64,000 nt of DNA. Source: Microthyrium microscopicum. Lineage: Eukaryota. This document shows positions 38,026 to 51,357 of this stretch, one piece after another. Where the stretch lies: NCBI GenBank assembly GCA_010405405.1, contig MU004232.1, forward strand, positions 1,321,481-1,385,480, written 5' to 3'. Within the stretch, counting starts at the first letter, position 1, and each line of letters starts with the position of its first letter. A program made the position numbers and the translations under genes. Below the pieces are notes generated by a model. The model was not told the origin of the DNA. It was given only the letters and a program-made list of their open reading frames with translations, and made no database searches.

Positions 38026-39225
38026 TCATGTGGGCGGCGTCCAGTCCATCTCCTTTTTCAAGAAGGCTTTTACCGCAGGCTTGATCTTTCCTGTTACCTT
38101 GTTCCATTTGGTCCTGTCCGTAAATGGTTTGGCTTCATAAATCTGGGATCCACGCTTGACATAATCACCCAGCAATACGATCCTGCCTTTCTTATCCGAA
38201 CTAGATGAACGGAAATTAACCAGCAGTTCCCTTAGTCTTATCAGATTGATTTGCTGGGCTAAAGTGAAGACGATGATGAAGTCATTGGTAGTGAAAAGAT
38301 CCTTGGGCAGACCTCGCGCCTTCCGCTGGGAGATACTGGTTCTAACCTGATGCTTGAAAGGAAAGTCCAGCAACTTATTGTCGAACAGTGAGTCCATTGC
38401 TACGAAATTTGGTGTCTCCGCTCCCGGCTTGAGTGCTAAGTTTAGTTGAGCCAACTCTTTTTGAGGTCCGGCGGTGTTTGATACAGCCCATCCATGAGAG
38501 TTGATCGATGCAATTCTCCAAGTGAGCTTCTTTCGTAGCGTTGACTCTCCGAGCAGCTTCATATAGCCTTCAGCGATGCGACTTCGCCCAACGTTATCTC
38601 CGTCGACAAATGTGATGGTGCAGTTCGACATTACTACTGGCGATGGAGATGGGCTACGAGCCGCCGGGATAGCGGGAACAGTTAGTGGAGCCGGAGATGG
38701 GCTCTTGCCTACCTTCTTCTCCTTCTTCTTGCCCGGTGCCTTTGACTGTGCGGCTTTCTGCTGCATTGCCGCGTTGTGTGCAAACGCAGACAGCAACACG
38801 ACAAAGCGGTTGATATCAATCAAATGTGCCTCAATGCTCTCCCCAAGAGCTTGCAGCTTATCTGGACTCGAGCCCAGAACGTAGACCAGGTGCGCCACCC
38901 AGTCGAATCGAAAGATGACGCCGCCAGGACCTTGATTCTCCTTCCAACGACGCAGCAGATCATACACGTCTTTGGCGTCGTCCTTGACTGCGCCAATGAG
39001 GTCGTTGAGTCGCCGGACTTGTGTTGCGCGCAAGCTAGCTATGCCGCCGGGGTTTTTTCGAGTGTCGAGTAATTCCTGGAGTTCCTCTAGATAGTCGCGC
39101 AGGCGAGGCATGCGCTTGCCTATCTTTTCTATTTGCTCTGTGTAGTCTTTGACTTCCTTATAGAGGTCAATAGCTTTTTTAATTAGAGCGATAACTTCGC
39201 CTGGAGAGACTGGTGATCCGGCCAT
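38026..39225 (-). CDS. Intronless 399-aa protein: SesA/HeLo-like N-terminal helical domain + LMW phosphotyrosine-phosphatase-like fold lacking catalytic residues
   Basis: Start in AAAATCATGG context. N-terminus SPGEVIALIKKAIDLYKEVKD..EQI..L..L. C-terminal region ITFVDGDNVGRSRIAEG, RKARGL...DFIIVF and IVLLGDY parallels LMW-PTP motifs. Confidence 0.7.
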   Translation of the reverse strand: MAGSPVSPGEVIALIKKAIDLYKEVKDYTEQIEKIGKRMPRLRDYLEELQELLDTRKNPGGIASLRATQVRRLNDLIGAVKDDAKDVYDLLRRWKENQGPGGVIFRFDWVAHLVYVLGSSPDKLQALGESIEAHLIDINRFVVLLSAFAHNAAMQQKAAQSKAPGKKKEKKVGKSPSPAPLTVPAIPAARSPSPSPVVMSNCTITFVDGDNVGRSRIAEGYMKLLGESTLRKKLTWRIASINSHGWAVSNTAGPQKELAQLNLALKPGAETPNFVAMDSLFDNKLLDFPFKHQVRTSISQRKARGLPKDLFTTNDFIIVFTLAQQINLIRLRELLVNFRSSSSDKKGRIVLLGDYVKRGSQIYEAKPFTDRTKWNKVTGKIKPAVKAFLKKEMDWTPPT

Positions 39226-40193
39226 GATTTTGGGAGACGAGAGTCCTCTACCTATTCATTTTCACAGAGGTATGGTCATGAAAAGGGATGCTCGTTAACG
39301 GTTGTACCTGGTAGTTGAGTTTAGCATGCGCTAGTAATGGCTAAAAATAGAAATGCTACAGCCTCGTTCACACATCAATGTCAGCAATCATACTTGCGCA
39401 ATGTTTTATGAAGAGCGAGATATCATCAAGTTCAAGGAAGGCTTTTCATCCAGAGATTATAAAGACGACCGGTGCTTATAAACGAATGGTTTCATTTCAA
39501 CAAGGAAATCACAGTCCGCCTTTTTACACTTATACATCTCATCTACTGGTAACCACACGACCCGAAAACAGTGTACTCTGCAGCGCATCAGAAGCCAACA
39601 ATTCTTCAAATCTCCGCATCCTTTTCACAGGACCCTAACATTTCCAGCCAGGCAGGGAGATCAACAGAAGAATTGTGACAAGAATTGCTCACAAAAGCCA
39701 CGAACCATTGCCACACACACTGCTTGACACACTACTATTGCGCTGTCAATCATTCCATGCACCAACCACCATGTGCCTCAGTTCGCCAATAATAAACTCG
39801 TTTCCTCTTTCTCCAACCTCCGTGGTGAATGCATCGGGACTTGCAATTCCTGGTAATCATAAGTGTTCAAGCTTTGTAAGCAAGGGGTTAATCCAAGGCA
39901 AAGCAGAAAGGTAATGACAGTAGGTGTAAATGTCTGGGCCAAAAGAATGTATGTTGTTGCTGATTAACGAGACAGCCCAGAACAATATGAGGCTGAGAGA
40001 CATGCAGAATAAGATGAGTTCATATCCCATGACTACTTGGGATAAGTAGCGAAACACAAACATTACAATCCTTTGAGCACTTTATGAAGGCTCAATCGGG
40101 GTGTGAAGAGTTTTTAGTAACCACAACAAATGGGTTACGTCGAAGGAATCTTAACTTCCGATGCGAAAACAAGCGCAATGATATGGTTCATTG

Positions 40194-43100
40194 CTAATGA
40201 ACATATGCTTGAACTTGTGCAGCGTCCGAATTGTGTTGTGCCTGAGCATGTGCAGCTTTTAGTTCTTGTGCATGTCGCTTGGTATTCCACATGCGGGTCA
40301 AGATAGAACCATCTGGATGTCCAGAGCGCTGGGAAAATCCTGCTACAGCTTGATCAATGCGGTTGGTGATGACATCCATGATACGTGGTAGCACGGAGCG
40401 GTATTCCTCGTTCTAGGCAACATTAGCAGATTGCTCCGAGAGCGTATGGAGTGATACATACCAGTGGGTCTAGGACGTTAAGGGCATAGTCGAGCCAGTC
40501 AAGTCGATCTTTAAGATTCGTAGCGAGTGTAAAGCTCACAGCTGCTGTAATCGAAAGGATAACAAGCAAGCCAGCATTCTCCATAGATTGAGGACCAAGA
40601 TAAAGGAAAATTTGATCAAATATCAAGCCTTGTCTATTGGAATGGAGCCACTAATACACGTTAGAAAAAGGATGCCTTTGATGGATGATGGTAACTTACT
40701 TGGACGAAAGCTTCATCAAGGTTTCCACCATGAATCAACCGAGCGATGGTTTGGAGTTCTTCTTGCTCCTCCGAGAGCTGTGGAGTTTGTTTACGGACAG
40801 CGGGTGTAAATTGTTGAGCCACTTGTCCAGTAGGAACTGCACGAGAAAGATCTTCTGACTGGCCTCGAGTATGGCTACCAGAAGCCTTCAATACCTTGAC
40901 AGAAGAAGCTGGCGAAGAGTGCTCCATGAGCGCTCGCATGTCGGTCTGGAACTTTTGTTGTTCAGAGGCCATTGATCGGGTCACCGCAACAAGCGCCTGG
41001 ACCTGAGAGGTAAGTTCGTCGATCTTGGTACGGTCCTGCTGATGACGAGCTTCATAGGAGCGAAGCTGATCACTAACGCGTTGTTCAACTTCCTGGGTCA
41101 TGTGCTGAACCGATGCAGCTGTGTTGTTCTGTAGCAATGGAACCACTTCCTTGAAAGCAACAGGGAGAGACTTTGTCAACAAGTCACCCACCTGCTTCGA
41201 TACGGTGTTGGAGATGCCACGAATTAATGCTCCATCATTAAGGATTTTGCCTAAGCTGGCCTCGATAGTCTTCTCCATTTCGCGAGGAAGCGAAGTTTTG
41301 AAGGCATTAGAAAGTGTGGACGTAATGCTGCGATCGATAGTGCCATTGACAGAGTCCTTGACGGTTTTCATCTCCATTTTCATGGCATCATGAACCATTC
41401 GTGTAGCATGATTCTCAAAGTTGTCATTCAAGGATTTGGTAACTCCGCGCAGAATGGCGTCCTGCTTGGCCTGACCAAGGGCATCCCCAGTTCGTTTGTC
41501 GTCTGCCATGCGGCGATAGAGGATGTTGAACTGGTCAGTGAGAATGCGAGTAAACTCGGAAGACATAGACATCTCCAAATGTTTAACAGCATCGGAAACC
41601 GACGTATTTTCAACGAGGGGTGCTTTGTTCCTTGAAGAAGGTGTTTGAAGAACGGCGACGGATGGCTCGAGTCCTTTCTCAGCTTCAGCACCGGCTTTCG
41701 ACGGGCTGTGTTGAACAGAAACTGCCTTCGCTATCGCACTTGCCGAACTCTTAGATCCAGCATTCTCTCCCTTCTTCTTTTTCTTCTTCAAGCTCTCCTT
41801 CTCTGGTGCCTTTTCTTTTTCTGACACTTTTTCTTTCTCCTTCTCGAAAAGAGCTGGCGGCGGGATGAGGCGCACTCTATTGCCCTCGGTGTCCTGCTTT
41901 ACACTGCTCAAAGGAGTAGGCGGTGATTTGATGGATACGTCCTGCTTGGAGGCCTTGCCAGGGCTATCAGTCTTAGTTTTAGCTGACAGGCTCTCTTGAT
42001 TGACAGTTGGTTCATCCTGTTCTGGTTGTTTTAAAGGCGTCATCTCGAAGGCATCCAGCTCGATCGCGTGGATCTTGGTCATGCCATCTTTGGTAACGCT
42101 GAATATCTTTGCGTCTTTATCCAGCTCGAGTCCGTAGCCCATCATCTCACGAGTCAGACTGAATTCGAATATTCCTTTTGAGTGCATGCAAATGGCCGTA
42201 ACGATAGCTCCAATGGGGGCATTATTAGTGTCCTCTGAAGATGCTGGCTGTGAGCTCACAGCGTCGGCTTGCACATCCAGGCTCCGAAGTTCTCCACGCT
42301 GTCCCAAACGAAATTCTCGGATGTTTGCGAAGATCAAGGTCGAAGCAACCGGATTGAGGTTCTTGTTTTTCTCAGCGCACATAGAAACAAACTTGGCTTG
42401 TGTAAGAGCAGATGGGTGGGTGTAAACCGGCATCGATACATTAATAATGTAAATCGAATTACGGGTTGGGTGACCGACTGCTAGAATCATGGATCGTGGA
42501 TTGTAAGCCAAGGTGCAGATGGCATCCGATTCATCACCGTGCGGGAAGTTGAGCTCCTGTACAACTTTACCGAGCTGAATATCCCAGAGCTGGATGGTAT
42601 GGTTTTGCTTGAGACCAATGATGAGGTAGCGGAGAGCTAATCCTCTATTCATTGGCTTCTCTCGATCAATGAACATCACCGAAGTTGGCCAGGATTTCTC
42701 CGTAGGCAAAGTCGTGTTCATCGTCATAATTGGAGTGACAACCTCCGCAACTTCTCCCTTGCGAGTCTCCTTCTTGAAATGGTCTTTAGTCAAAGGACGC
42801 ACGTCCCAAAACTTGAGCTTTCCAGCCTTGTCAAGCGAAGCGATGACAGTGTCATCCGCGCTCCAAGCAAAATCTTTCGCGGCCTTTCCAGTGCAAATTT
42901 TGAGATCGTCGTCTTGAAGGTATTTCGCGCTGTCACAGATATCGGTTTTGGGATCTGTGTATGCGCTTGAGCGGGCAAGTAGAGGATAAATGATGTGGAT
43001 GTTTTTTCCACGTCCATATGCAAAGAATTCATGCGATCGATTGCTCGGTTTGATCCGAGTTTTGAGCTGCCCACTAGAAGTCTGTTCATCCAGAGATTCG

Positions 43101-44855
43101 ACGGCTGGGAATACAAAACCTCGCTCATCATCAGTGGTACCAGAAGGACCATTTAGGCTGTTCAAAGGAGACCAATAGACGCTGCCTTTAACGCCAGTTC
43201 CCAGGACAAGTTCTACCACTGCATGGCCTGTCGCAGTACGGGTTCGACCGATAGCCAGATTAAAGACTCGATCACCAGAATTAGCGTACAACTGCTTGAA
43301 TTTACCAGAGTCTTGACGTATAATGCGAAATCCGCCACCCTTTAGCACATAAACAATAAATCGTGCGGTACAGGCGACTAAAGTTCGATCCAACTGGTCA
43401 AAATCTTTGCGCATACGAGCAACATTGGTGATTTTCGAATCTTTGATAAGAACCGGCTCCGGATATTTGCTACCATATTGATATGAAACAAACGGTAAGA
43501 GAGGTAACCACATGACAACTGGCGGTGGCTCATCTCGCTCTTCAACCTCATCTTCCCAATCTGCGGCAACAGAGGATGAACCGATAGATTTAGGAGGAGA
43601 GGGCAGGTCCTTGGTGACAGCAGGTCGTACAGCAACAATAATTTCTGCAGGGTTGATATCGATTGGGGCGGCTTTTGCCGACAATTGCTCGAGCTTTTCC
43701 TCAACTTGCTTGTCTGCTTGTTCCCCAACAATATCGACAGCTTCGGCCACAGTTTCGCGCTGACGAGCTAATGGGGTCAGGGTTTTTGGTGAATCACCTG
43801 GGCCAATCTTTCGAGACTTTGGATTTGGTACTGGTGGGGACTCGTTGCTCTGTGCGCGAGAATGCTTCAATGCTTCGATCTTTGGAGTTGCAGCTCGGCT
43901 GGTTGGCTTGGATCCTTTCAGAGGCGATGCAGCCGATAATTGCTCAAATGGATTGACATAGGTGAATGGCGCTTTAGTTTGAGGCGGATTGAAGTCCAAA
44001 GATTGCTCCTGAGATTGACCAAAGACGCGGGCAGCATTAACGGGGGATTGGGGCACAATGGCTTGTGCTGGCTCTGAAGCGAACAATGTTGCGGTTGTGA
44101 TTTGAGTCATCTGCTCTTGTTGCGGCGAGTTTGAAGTCGTCACATCGGCAGATGCACGCATAAAGCCAGGAAGGGGTGTATTCCCAAGTTGCGGAGCAAA
44201 TGGGCTGACAGCAGGAGGTGTAAAACTCATGGGAAGAGAGTTGTTTGCAGAATCTCCGAAAGATACAACAGGGGGCTTCTCTGGTTTTGACTGATTAAGC
44301 AACTTAAGCAGAAAGTCCTGTGGATTTCCAGATGATGATAATGCTTCTCCTCTCAAATCTGGACGACTGGCTGAAGGCGCGACGACAGATGGTGGAGCAA
44401 CAGAGCGAGGCATGATGGAGGGGCGAGAAAACCCAGCGACTAAATCGGCAGCGGACACTGGACGATTTGCGGTCGATGTAACGTTTGCGGGAGTTGTTCG
44501 TTGGTCTATAGGAGCTGGTCTGGATGGTTGATGATTGACCTGACTAGAGCGTAAGAGTCCAAGCAAGTCGGTTTGATTGATTGGAAGGGAGGGACCGTTC
44601 GATGGCTCATGTGAAGGTGTGCTAGTATTTGGGCTCTACGTGGATATTAATGGCGACAATACTCAGTCAAGTTCTTAAACATACCATGATATCGCCTGGG
44701 TGGCGGGGCGGTGGACCAGAAGGTGCTGGCGAGTATATTGGAGAAGACACACTCGGCTGATGGTACTGATTATGAGGCGCCGCATTGGAAGGCGACGAGG
44801 TGGTCTCGGATGAGGTGGACTTCAGCCGAGCTAGAAGACTTGAAAAGTCGCTCAT
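40194..44855 (-). CDS. EDC4/Ge-1/Pdc1-like mRNA decapping scaffold (WD40 propeller + coiled coil + C-terminal domain)
   Basis: Low-complexity N-terminus, FTYVNPFEQL, WD40-like segments (GKAAKDFAWSADD..DKAGKLKFWDV, GLKQNHTIQLWD, VGHPTRNSIY) and a helical C-terminus (LLVILSITAAV..RLDWL). Four introns. Confidence 0.8.
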
Positions 44856-46339
44856 GTTGATGGAATATTAAGCTCTCAGGTTTCAAGCCAAAAGAGAAGC
44901 GCGTCAATTACGCCCCGAATACAGGGCCGAAGATCGACCCTGCAGTGGAAGACAGAGGGTAACGCTAATCAGCAAGCAAGACGAGCAGCGAATAAGAGAA
45001 AAGCGGAATGGAATTAATGGCGACGAGAGAGAGGGAGAGAGAGCTGGAGAAAGAAAGAGAGGTTGGTTGGTGTCATGGTGGTAGACTCCAGTCTGCTTGA
45101 ATTGACAAACGATCCCTGGTCTTGGCGCTGTCTGTTACTAACCTGGAATGGTCTAGCGTTCTCCATACAGGTGAAGTTTGAATTTTGCATATTGCTCTCT
45201 ACTTCTCATTTCATCTTTATGTACAAAGGTTAGTGATTTTTAATGACATTGACACTGCTTAATGGAAGAAATCAGGTCTAGTGATGTGTTAGGAACAGCA
45301 TAGTAGAAAGTACAAACTTATGAGAACGGTATCCGCTTGGTACCGCGAACAAGAGGATCAGAGCTTGAGTTACAGAATAGCTTGTGATATTTCTTCTGAG
45401 GTGTTGAGAACCCACACAGAATTGCAATCACCATTTGAGCATTGCGTGTCCGGTTGAAGCAAGCTTGCTTGATGCCTTCACGCCGTTGACACTTCAGCTG
45501 ATGGAGGCCTGGATGAGATACAACGAGGCAGAACCGATGTGCTGGCTGCTCTGGATTTGGAGACTTAAATGTTATTTTGAAGCGTTAGAAGAGCAGAAGA
45601 TCAAATCCAGGCCGCACAAATGACGAAACAATATCGCTATAGCAAAACTTTCTCTTTGGCCAGATATCTGTCAGAATATGCGGTACATACCAATGATGGA
45701 TAAAATGAATGGCGTATAACCACAATTGCTCTGGCATACATTTAATTTTGTACTAAAAGGTAGGCACACTCGATCTTCAGCTGAAGACAGAATCAAAGAT
45801 ATTCCAGAACAATGAGCCCAATGGTAATGTTCAGTCAAGGTGAGAGCCCTAGGTTCAGGACGATTCAGAGGCATAGTATACAACAACTTCTCAAATGCCC
45901 TGCTCATTGAGTTCTTGACAGATGTTGATTGCAATCAAGAGTCAGACAAAAGTGGCATGTAAATCGATCTAGGCTCTGTAATTGGTTATGCTATCATGCA
46001 AGGCTGAAACATCAGCCAATAAGGGCTGAGCCAACACATCAATTGCAATGGGAAATGCGGCACAGCCTAGGCAGCAAGCATAGCCAGGTTGTAATCCTTC
46101 GAGTCTCATCATGAATATGGTGGGGTTGAATTATAAATAACACGTTTGCCAAAGAGGCATGTAATATTTGTACTCTGTAATCCCTTTCCAATTCTCGTCT
46201 GCGTTGTTGATCTCGCTGGCATTGTTCAGGGGAATCTATTATTGCAATTTGAACTGAACATAGCAGAACCAATCTCCAGCTCAAACCAAGAACATCACTA
46301 TCCTCCTCTATAGAAAAGCCATAGACCAAAAACATCACG

Positions 46340-47347
46340 ATGACCACCATCCCACCATCGTCTGAAGACCCTCCAGGCTACACCAACCACCCACTATGGG
46401 TAAGTCTTTCCATACACCCACCACTACCATGGCATCAAAAGCCCGGGGATTATACCTCTCACTCGACCATTCCACTCCATATAACCCAGCACTAACAACC
46501 CAAGTCCCTCCGCAAAACCACCCTCCGCACCATCGCCATAGCTCTCCCCATAACCCTCCTCTTCCTCGACAGCGGCGGCCGCTCTCTCCCCTTTGATATC
46601 CCATCCACCATAATCCTCCTCATTCTCTCCACCATCCTTATCGCCACCGACCTATACCTCTACGTACACACACTACTCAAACACCTCTCTCTACAACTCA
46701 CGCAAGCACCCGCCGAACGCGACGAGCCAGCTGGAAAATGGCCACACTTCACAATCATGCGTCTTGATCTCGTGCTAACCGTACTATACGTTCTAACATT
46801 CATCGTCGGTGTGATTAGTTTAGTGGATAGTTACCGGTATGGCGACCCAGCTGTGATTGTGGCGAGGTCGTATGCGCTGTTGTTGAATCTGGCGGTCGGC
46901 TGGGGCCACTGGAAAGCGTTCAAGAAAGAGCGGGCAGCGTGGAAAGGACGGCGGGGGAAGTGTGGGCATTGTGGGAGCAACATAGGGACTAGGAGGGGTG
47001 TGTGGGCGGGGTTGAATGGTGGGGAGAACTCGTGGATGCCAATTGTGCCGTTTCTGGGGGGAGCGGGTGTTGAGCGTTGTGAAGATGGGGAGGATGGGCA
47101 GGGACATGGAGGCGAGAGTGAGGCGTTGCTGGCGACGCCGTCGGGCGATGAAGGGGAGGGGATGTATGGAAGTATGGGGAGCATGGGCAATGCGAGTGGT
47201 GAGACGGAGAATTTAGTGCGCAAGAAGAGTGTGAAGCGCGTTATTGGGGAAGGATGGATCGGTGGGCGCGCCAAGGGGAAGATGAAGGCCACTGATGATC
47301 ATGGCGAGGATGATGAGAGCGGTGGCATTGGGAAAATACACGTGTGA
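46340..47347 (+). CDS. Hypothetical multi-pass membrane protein with disordered Gly-rich tail
   Basis: Exon 46340-46399, intron 46400-46504 (GTAAGT..CTAAC..AAG), then an open frame continuous with ORF 46757-47347. About four hydrophobic segments and a CGHC motif. Confidence 0.65.
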
Positions 47348-47888
47348 TAGAGGCTAATCCGAGTAATCGACGAGTACTCATATGTGCCAAGTGCTTTGGA
47401 AGAAGAGGTCGACAGATAGAGTTAAATCGTAGTCACTGTCACAAATCAGCAAGAGAAGAGAAATTTCAACACGACGAAATCGTGATTTAGACATTACGAA
47501 AAACTGTCTACTGTGATATAACGGTCTATAGGCGTATAAATTCGTTCCATGCAATGTCGTGACAAAACAAACGGCTATGTTGCCCAACCCGTCACCATGT
47601 TTCGATGACATGAGCCTCCAGAAATCTAGACTGAAATGGTGGATCTGGCAGAAAACAAAACCCCGAGACGCCTTGCGATGCATTAGAGTGTTTTGAATAT
47701 GTGGTATCATAAAAAGTGCCGCCGTTGATACAAATGTACTGAATTGAAAGTTGGGTGAGGATGCGTATTACAAGGTTTTTGGAGAGCGGCGAGACGTGTT
47801 ATATGCTGTCGTGGTAATAGGTGCTCCAAGGGGGTTGTCAAATCCGGGAAGGGTGGTGTATTGACGTCTATACTTCAAAGAACAATCC

Positions 47889-50117
47889 CTAGTTGTTCAA
47901 GACAGTTTGACGTTGCAATTGGTAATCTGGAAGGTGGTCGAATCCAGAGGTACTCGGGTTGTATCGGTAAGCCTTGAAGTCGACTCCATATGGCTTGGGC
48001 TCCAAGCAATAGAGCATGCCAAGGGGACAATCCAGATCCGCGACTTCATCTCGACTCAGGCCGCGGAAGTAGGCCAGGAGTACACGAGCAACAGAACGAT
48101 GGGTAATGAGGACACAGTGATCCGTCATCCGCTCCAGTTCCACGATGACAGGTCTAAGACGATTAATAACGTCGAGATAGCCTTCACCACCGGGACCTGG
48201 ATAACGGTATGCCAGCTTGTCCTTCTTTCGTTGGGCATACTCATCGGCAAACTGTTCTTGGATTTGTTCATAGGTCATACCTTCCATGACTCCAGCGTAG
48301 AGCTCGTTGAGCATACGCATCTCCTTGACGTCGTAATCGTCGTCGTTGAAATACTTTGCTGTTTGAGCGCTACGCTTCAACATGCTGGTCCAGACACAGA
48401 AATTCTGTTCCTCTGCTCCTGCCGACACGTAAGGATTAGGAGGCGTGGTATCGCCAGGAAGCGGTGGGAAGTGGGTGTTCTGTGTCTTGGCGTGCTGATG
48501 GATGTCCCATTCATGTCGCTTTCCCGATACGAACTGTTCAAGCGCTTTGGCGTACTTGATGCCATTGCCCGATAGATCACTATCACCACCAATCTTGCCC
48601 AAGACATTGTCCACAGATTCGCCATGACGGGTGATCCAGATTTGCCGTGGAGCCAGGTTGAAGTTGAGCAGATAATACACTGCTGTTGAGGAAAGAAATC
48701 CCTTGATTTGATAGGAGATAACTTTGCGGCCGACATCAATCATCTTGACATACGGCATGTGGTTTTGCTCCTCATAATCTCCGAGCGGGACATAGCCTTT
48801 TTGGTATACGGCCACTCGCTTTTTGAAGTCCTGCAGGGAAGCGACAGGATCTTTGTCCTTGTAATCCGGACCAGAAAGCTTGAGCCGCATATTGGATTCA
48901 AGTAGGTTTTCGTCCTCACAGACACTTTCAATGAAGAGCACGTTGCAAGAGCTAGCCCGCTCTTTGATTCGCTCCATGATAAGCTTTCGACGAGCAAGAG
49001 TGCTGTTGGTAGCGTCGAGGATTCCAACTGCTCCACTGCCTTCCAGGATATAGTCGAAAAGATCATCCAAAGTATCGATGGCACACTGCTCACGGATTTG
49101 AGCAGCTTTGACGTTTGAAGGATCGAAGAAGTCGGCATTGTGCTCCATGTCGTCAGCTTCTACATCTCCGTTCATTTCGTGCTCTTCCGGTGGTTCCAAT
49201 GATTGATCAAGACCAGCAGCGTCTGGCAAATGCAGGCTCGGGATGTGAAGATCCTGTGAGGCCATCAGAGCTTTGGCCGCAGCTTGTGGTCCAGTAAGGT
49301 TCGGCAGATCTTTGTCTGGTCCATGGTGGGCAACTTTTCTTCGTCTTTCTCCAACGTTGAAAATCTTAGTATCGTGCTGAAGCCAATTCAGATATCGCGC
49401 CAGTTTTTTGGTGATATAGCTCTTTCCTCGAGCCGGCAAGCCAACCATAATAATGATGAGCTTGGATCCAACATCTCGTTTGGCGATACGTCCATCTGGA
49501 GAAACTTTAGACCGCGTCAAGCCAGGAATGTCCAGAGTAGTAGGCCGCATTCGTGGAGTGCTACCGGCACTGTTTGTACGAAGAAAAGGACTGTGAAAAT
49601 GTTAGAATCTGAAAATAAACAAGGAGCGTGGGGTGGCAAAACGTAGAAAAGCATATGAAAATTAAACTTACATTCGAGGGCTAGTGGGCTCTGAAGGGAG
49701 GGGTGTATCGGTAGCGGCTGGTCCTACTCCTCCATTGCGAGACAGGCGCTTAACCTGTAATGATTGGGGCATTTCGTTGTGCGCATTCATGATATCGCTG
49801 CTGCTTGAGCTCGAGCTTAGGAAACCACCATCATTTTCCTCGGTCGACTCCAGCGATGCAGGTTGTGCAGGTGGATAGCTAAACGCGTGGGATTCGCTGG
49901 GTATTTGTGGAACAGAGTCGTTTTCGTGCTTGTCTAGGCACTGACTAACAAGCAGGGCCTTTGCAATCTCTGAATGCTGACTCTGTCGTTTGGATGGGGC
50001 TGGTCGAAGTGGTAAATCAACCTTCTTTGTGATTATATGGCTTTTGACGGACGTGGAAGGTGTCAGAGAAGACAGTGTCCTAAAGGTCTCCTCTGTCGGA
50101 CTCTTCGGATGAGGCAT
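47889..50117 (-). CDS. PFK26: 6-phosphofructo-2-kinase / fructose-2,6-bisphosphatase
   Basis: P-loop MVGLPARGKS, FNVGERRR, DATNST, then a histidine-phosphatase domain with RHGES, LNELYAG and YRYPG. Intron at about 49591-49671. Confidence 0.92.
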
Positions 50118-51357
50118 TCTGATCTGATAAAATAGTGTCGGAGCTTGATATGTGACAGGGATCCTTCCTGATTAGGTCCGAGACAGGACCAGCGTCCAAT
50201 AATGCGTCGGGAAAGGTACAGAAAAGCCAAGTAGCAAGGCTGGCCTGGATAAGAGGCGAATAATAGCTGTCGGAATTCTGCGCCCTGCAGGAGAATATGC
50301 ACGGCGTCAAATGCTTATCGGAAAATTGAGTTGACGAGCGTGGAAGCTTTTAAGCTCGAGTAAAGTTCGGTGAGTCAATCGAAGCTTTGAGGGACAAGGC
50401 TGTGGATGGATAGAAGCTTGGACCTTGATGTGGTTGGTTCTGCGATTGCTTGCGGTTTGGCGAAACTTATATGGCGGTCAAAATATGTCCAAGGTTTGTG
50501 TGATGACAAAAAGGTGAAGAATAGGATTTCAGAGATCGTGAAGGAGGATTAAATAACTAGGCGGCGGGGGACAGTGACGGTGAAGGTGGCGAGGTTTGGT
50601 ACGAAGGTCGTAGTTAACTCTGGTTGAACTTGAAGTGAGGGATCTTGTGACTACTATATACAGTAATTGTCAGTCGCGACTACTGGCAAAAGCCATAGAA
50701 CAAACTGTTTGAGCCAGCAGTGGAAGGCAGCGGCCTGCCTGTAACCATGGATGGGTAAGATTTCAATAGGTGAGATAATTCCACGTTCAGAGTGCTTGAA
50801 CGGAATAAGGATTTTATGCCATCAACCATGGTACACACATGGCTTGGCTAGTAGCAAAAAGCTTCTACCGTAGCCACTAAGGACTGATAGAAAACTAGTA
50901 ATTATTCTTGCGGTACCTTGGACACCGTGCCTAGAACTTCCAAGACAACCTTCACCGATTCAACAGTCCCAAGTGGTGGAGCAAGGCTCCTTAGTTTGCA
51001 TCCGGCTCCCGCCAGCAATTCTCTTTCTTTGCGCTGTTTTCTTGTGTATTGAGGATCAGCAGGTATGCGATATCGCTCGCTTTGTCTTAATTGTTCTCCT
51101 TGCTTTGTCTCTACCAAAATGTCCGAAATCGATGGTAAACAGTTTCTTTCTTTCATTGTTGTATTATGATAGTACAGATCTGCAGCTTGGAAGCTTGGAA
51201 GGCAACCAGAGGCTCGGTGTTGCGCGACATCCCACCAAAGATAAGTATTCGCATGTACCTATATCTTGAGAGGCATTTGATATCATAATGATCAATAAAT
51301 ATTCTTGGAAACGAGCATAATCGCACTATCCAAATCATGGTCCGAAGCTTGCAGCTA

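Noticed and set aside
45100..45480. Possible box C/D snoRNA or spliced ncRNA (TACTAAC, GTGATG, CTGA) and a 14-bp palindrome AAGCAAGCTTGCTT
   Set aside because: No full RTGATGA box C, no terminal stem or recognisable rRNA guide, and no convincing splice donor.
47907..48575. Long antisense ORFs such as 47907-48575, 8666-9346 and 61021-61620
   Set aside because: They are shadow frames opposite well-conserved genes and contain no recognisable motifs.
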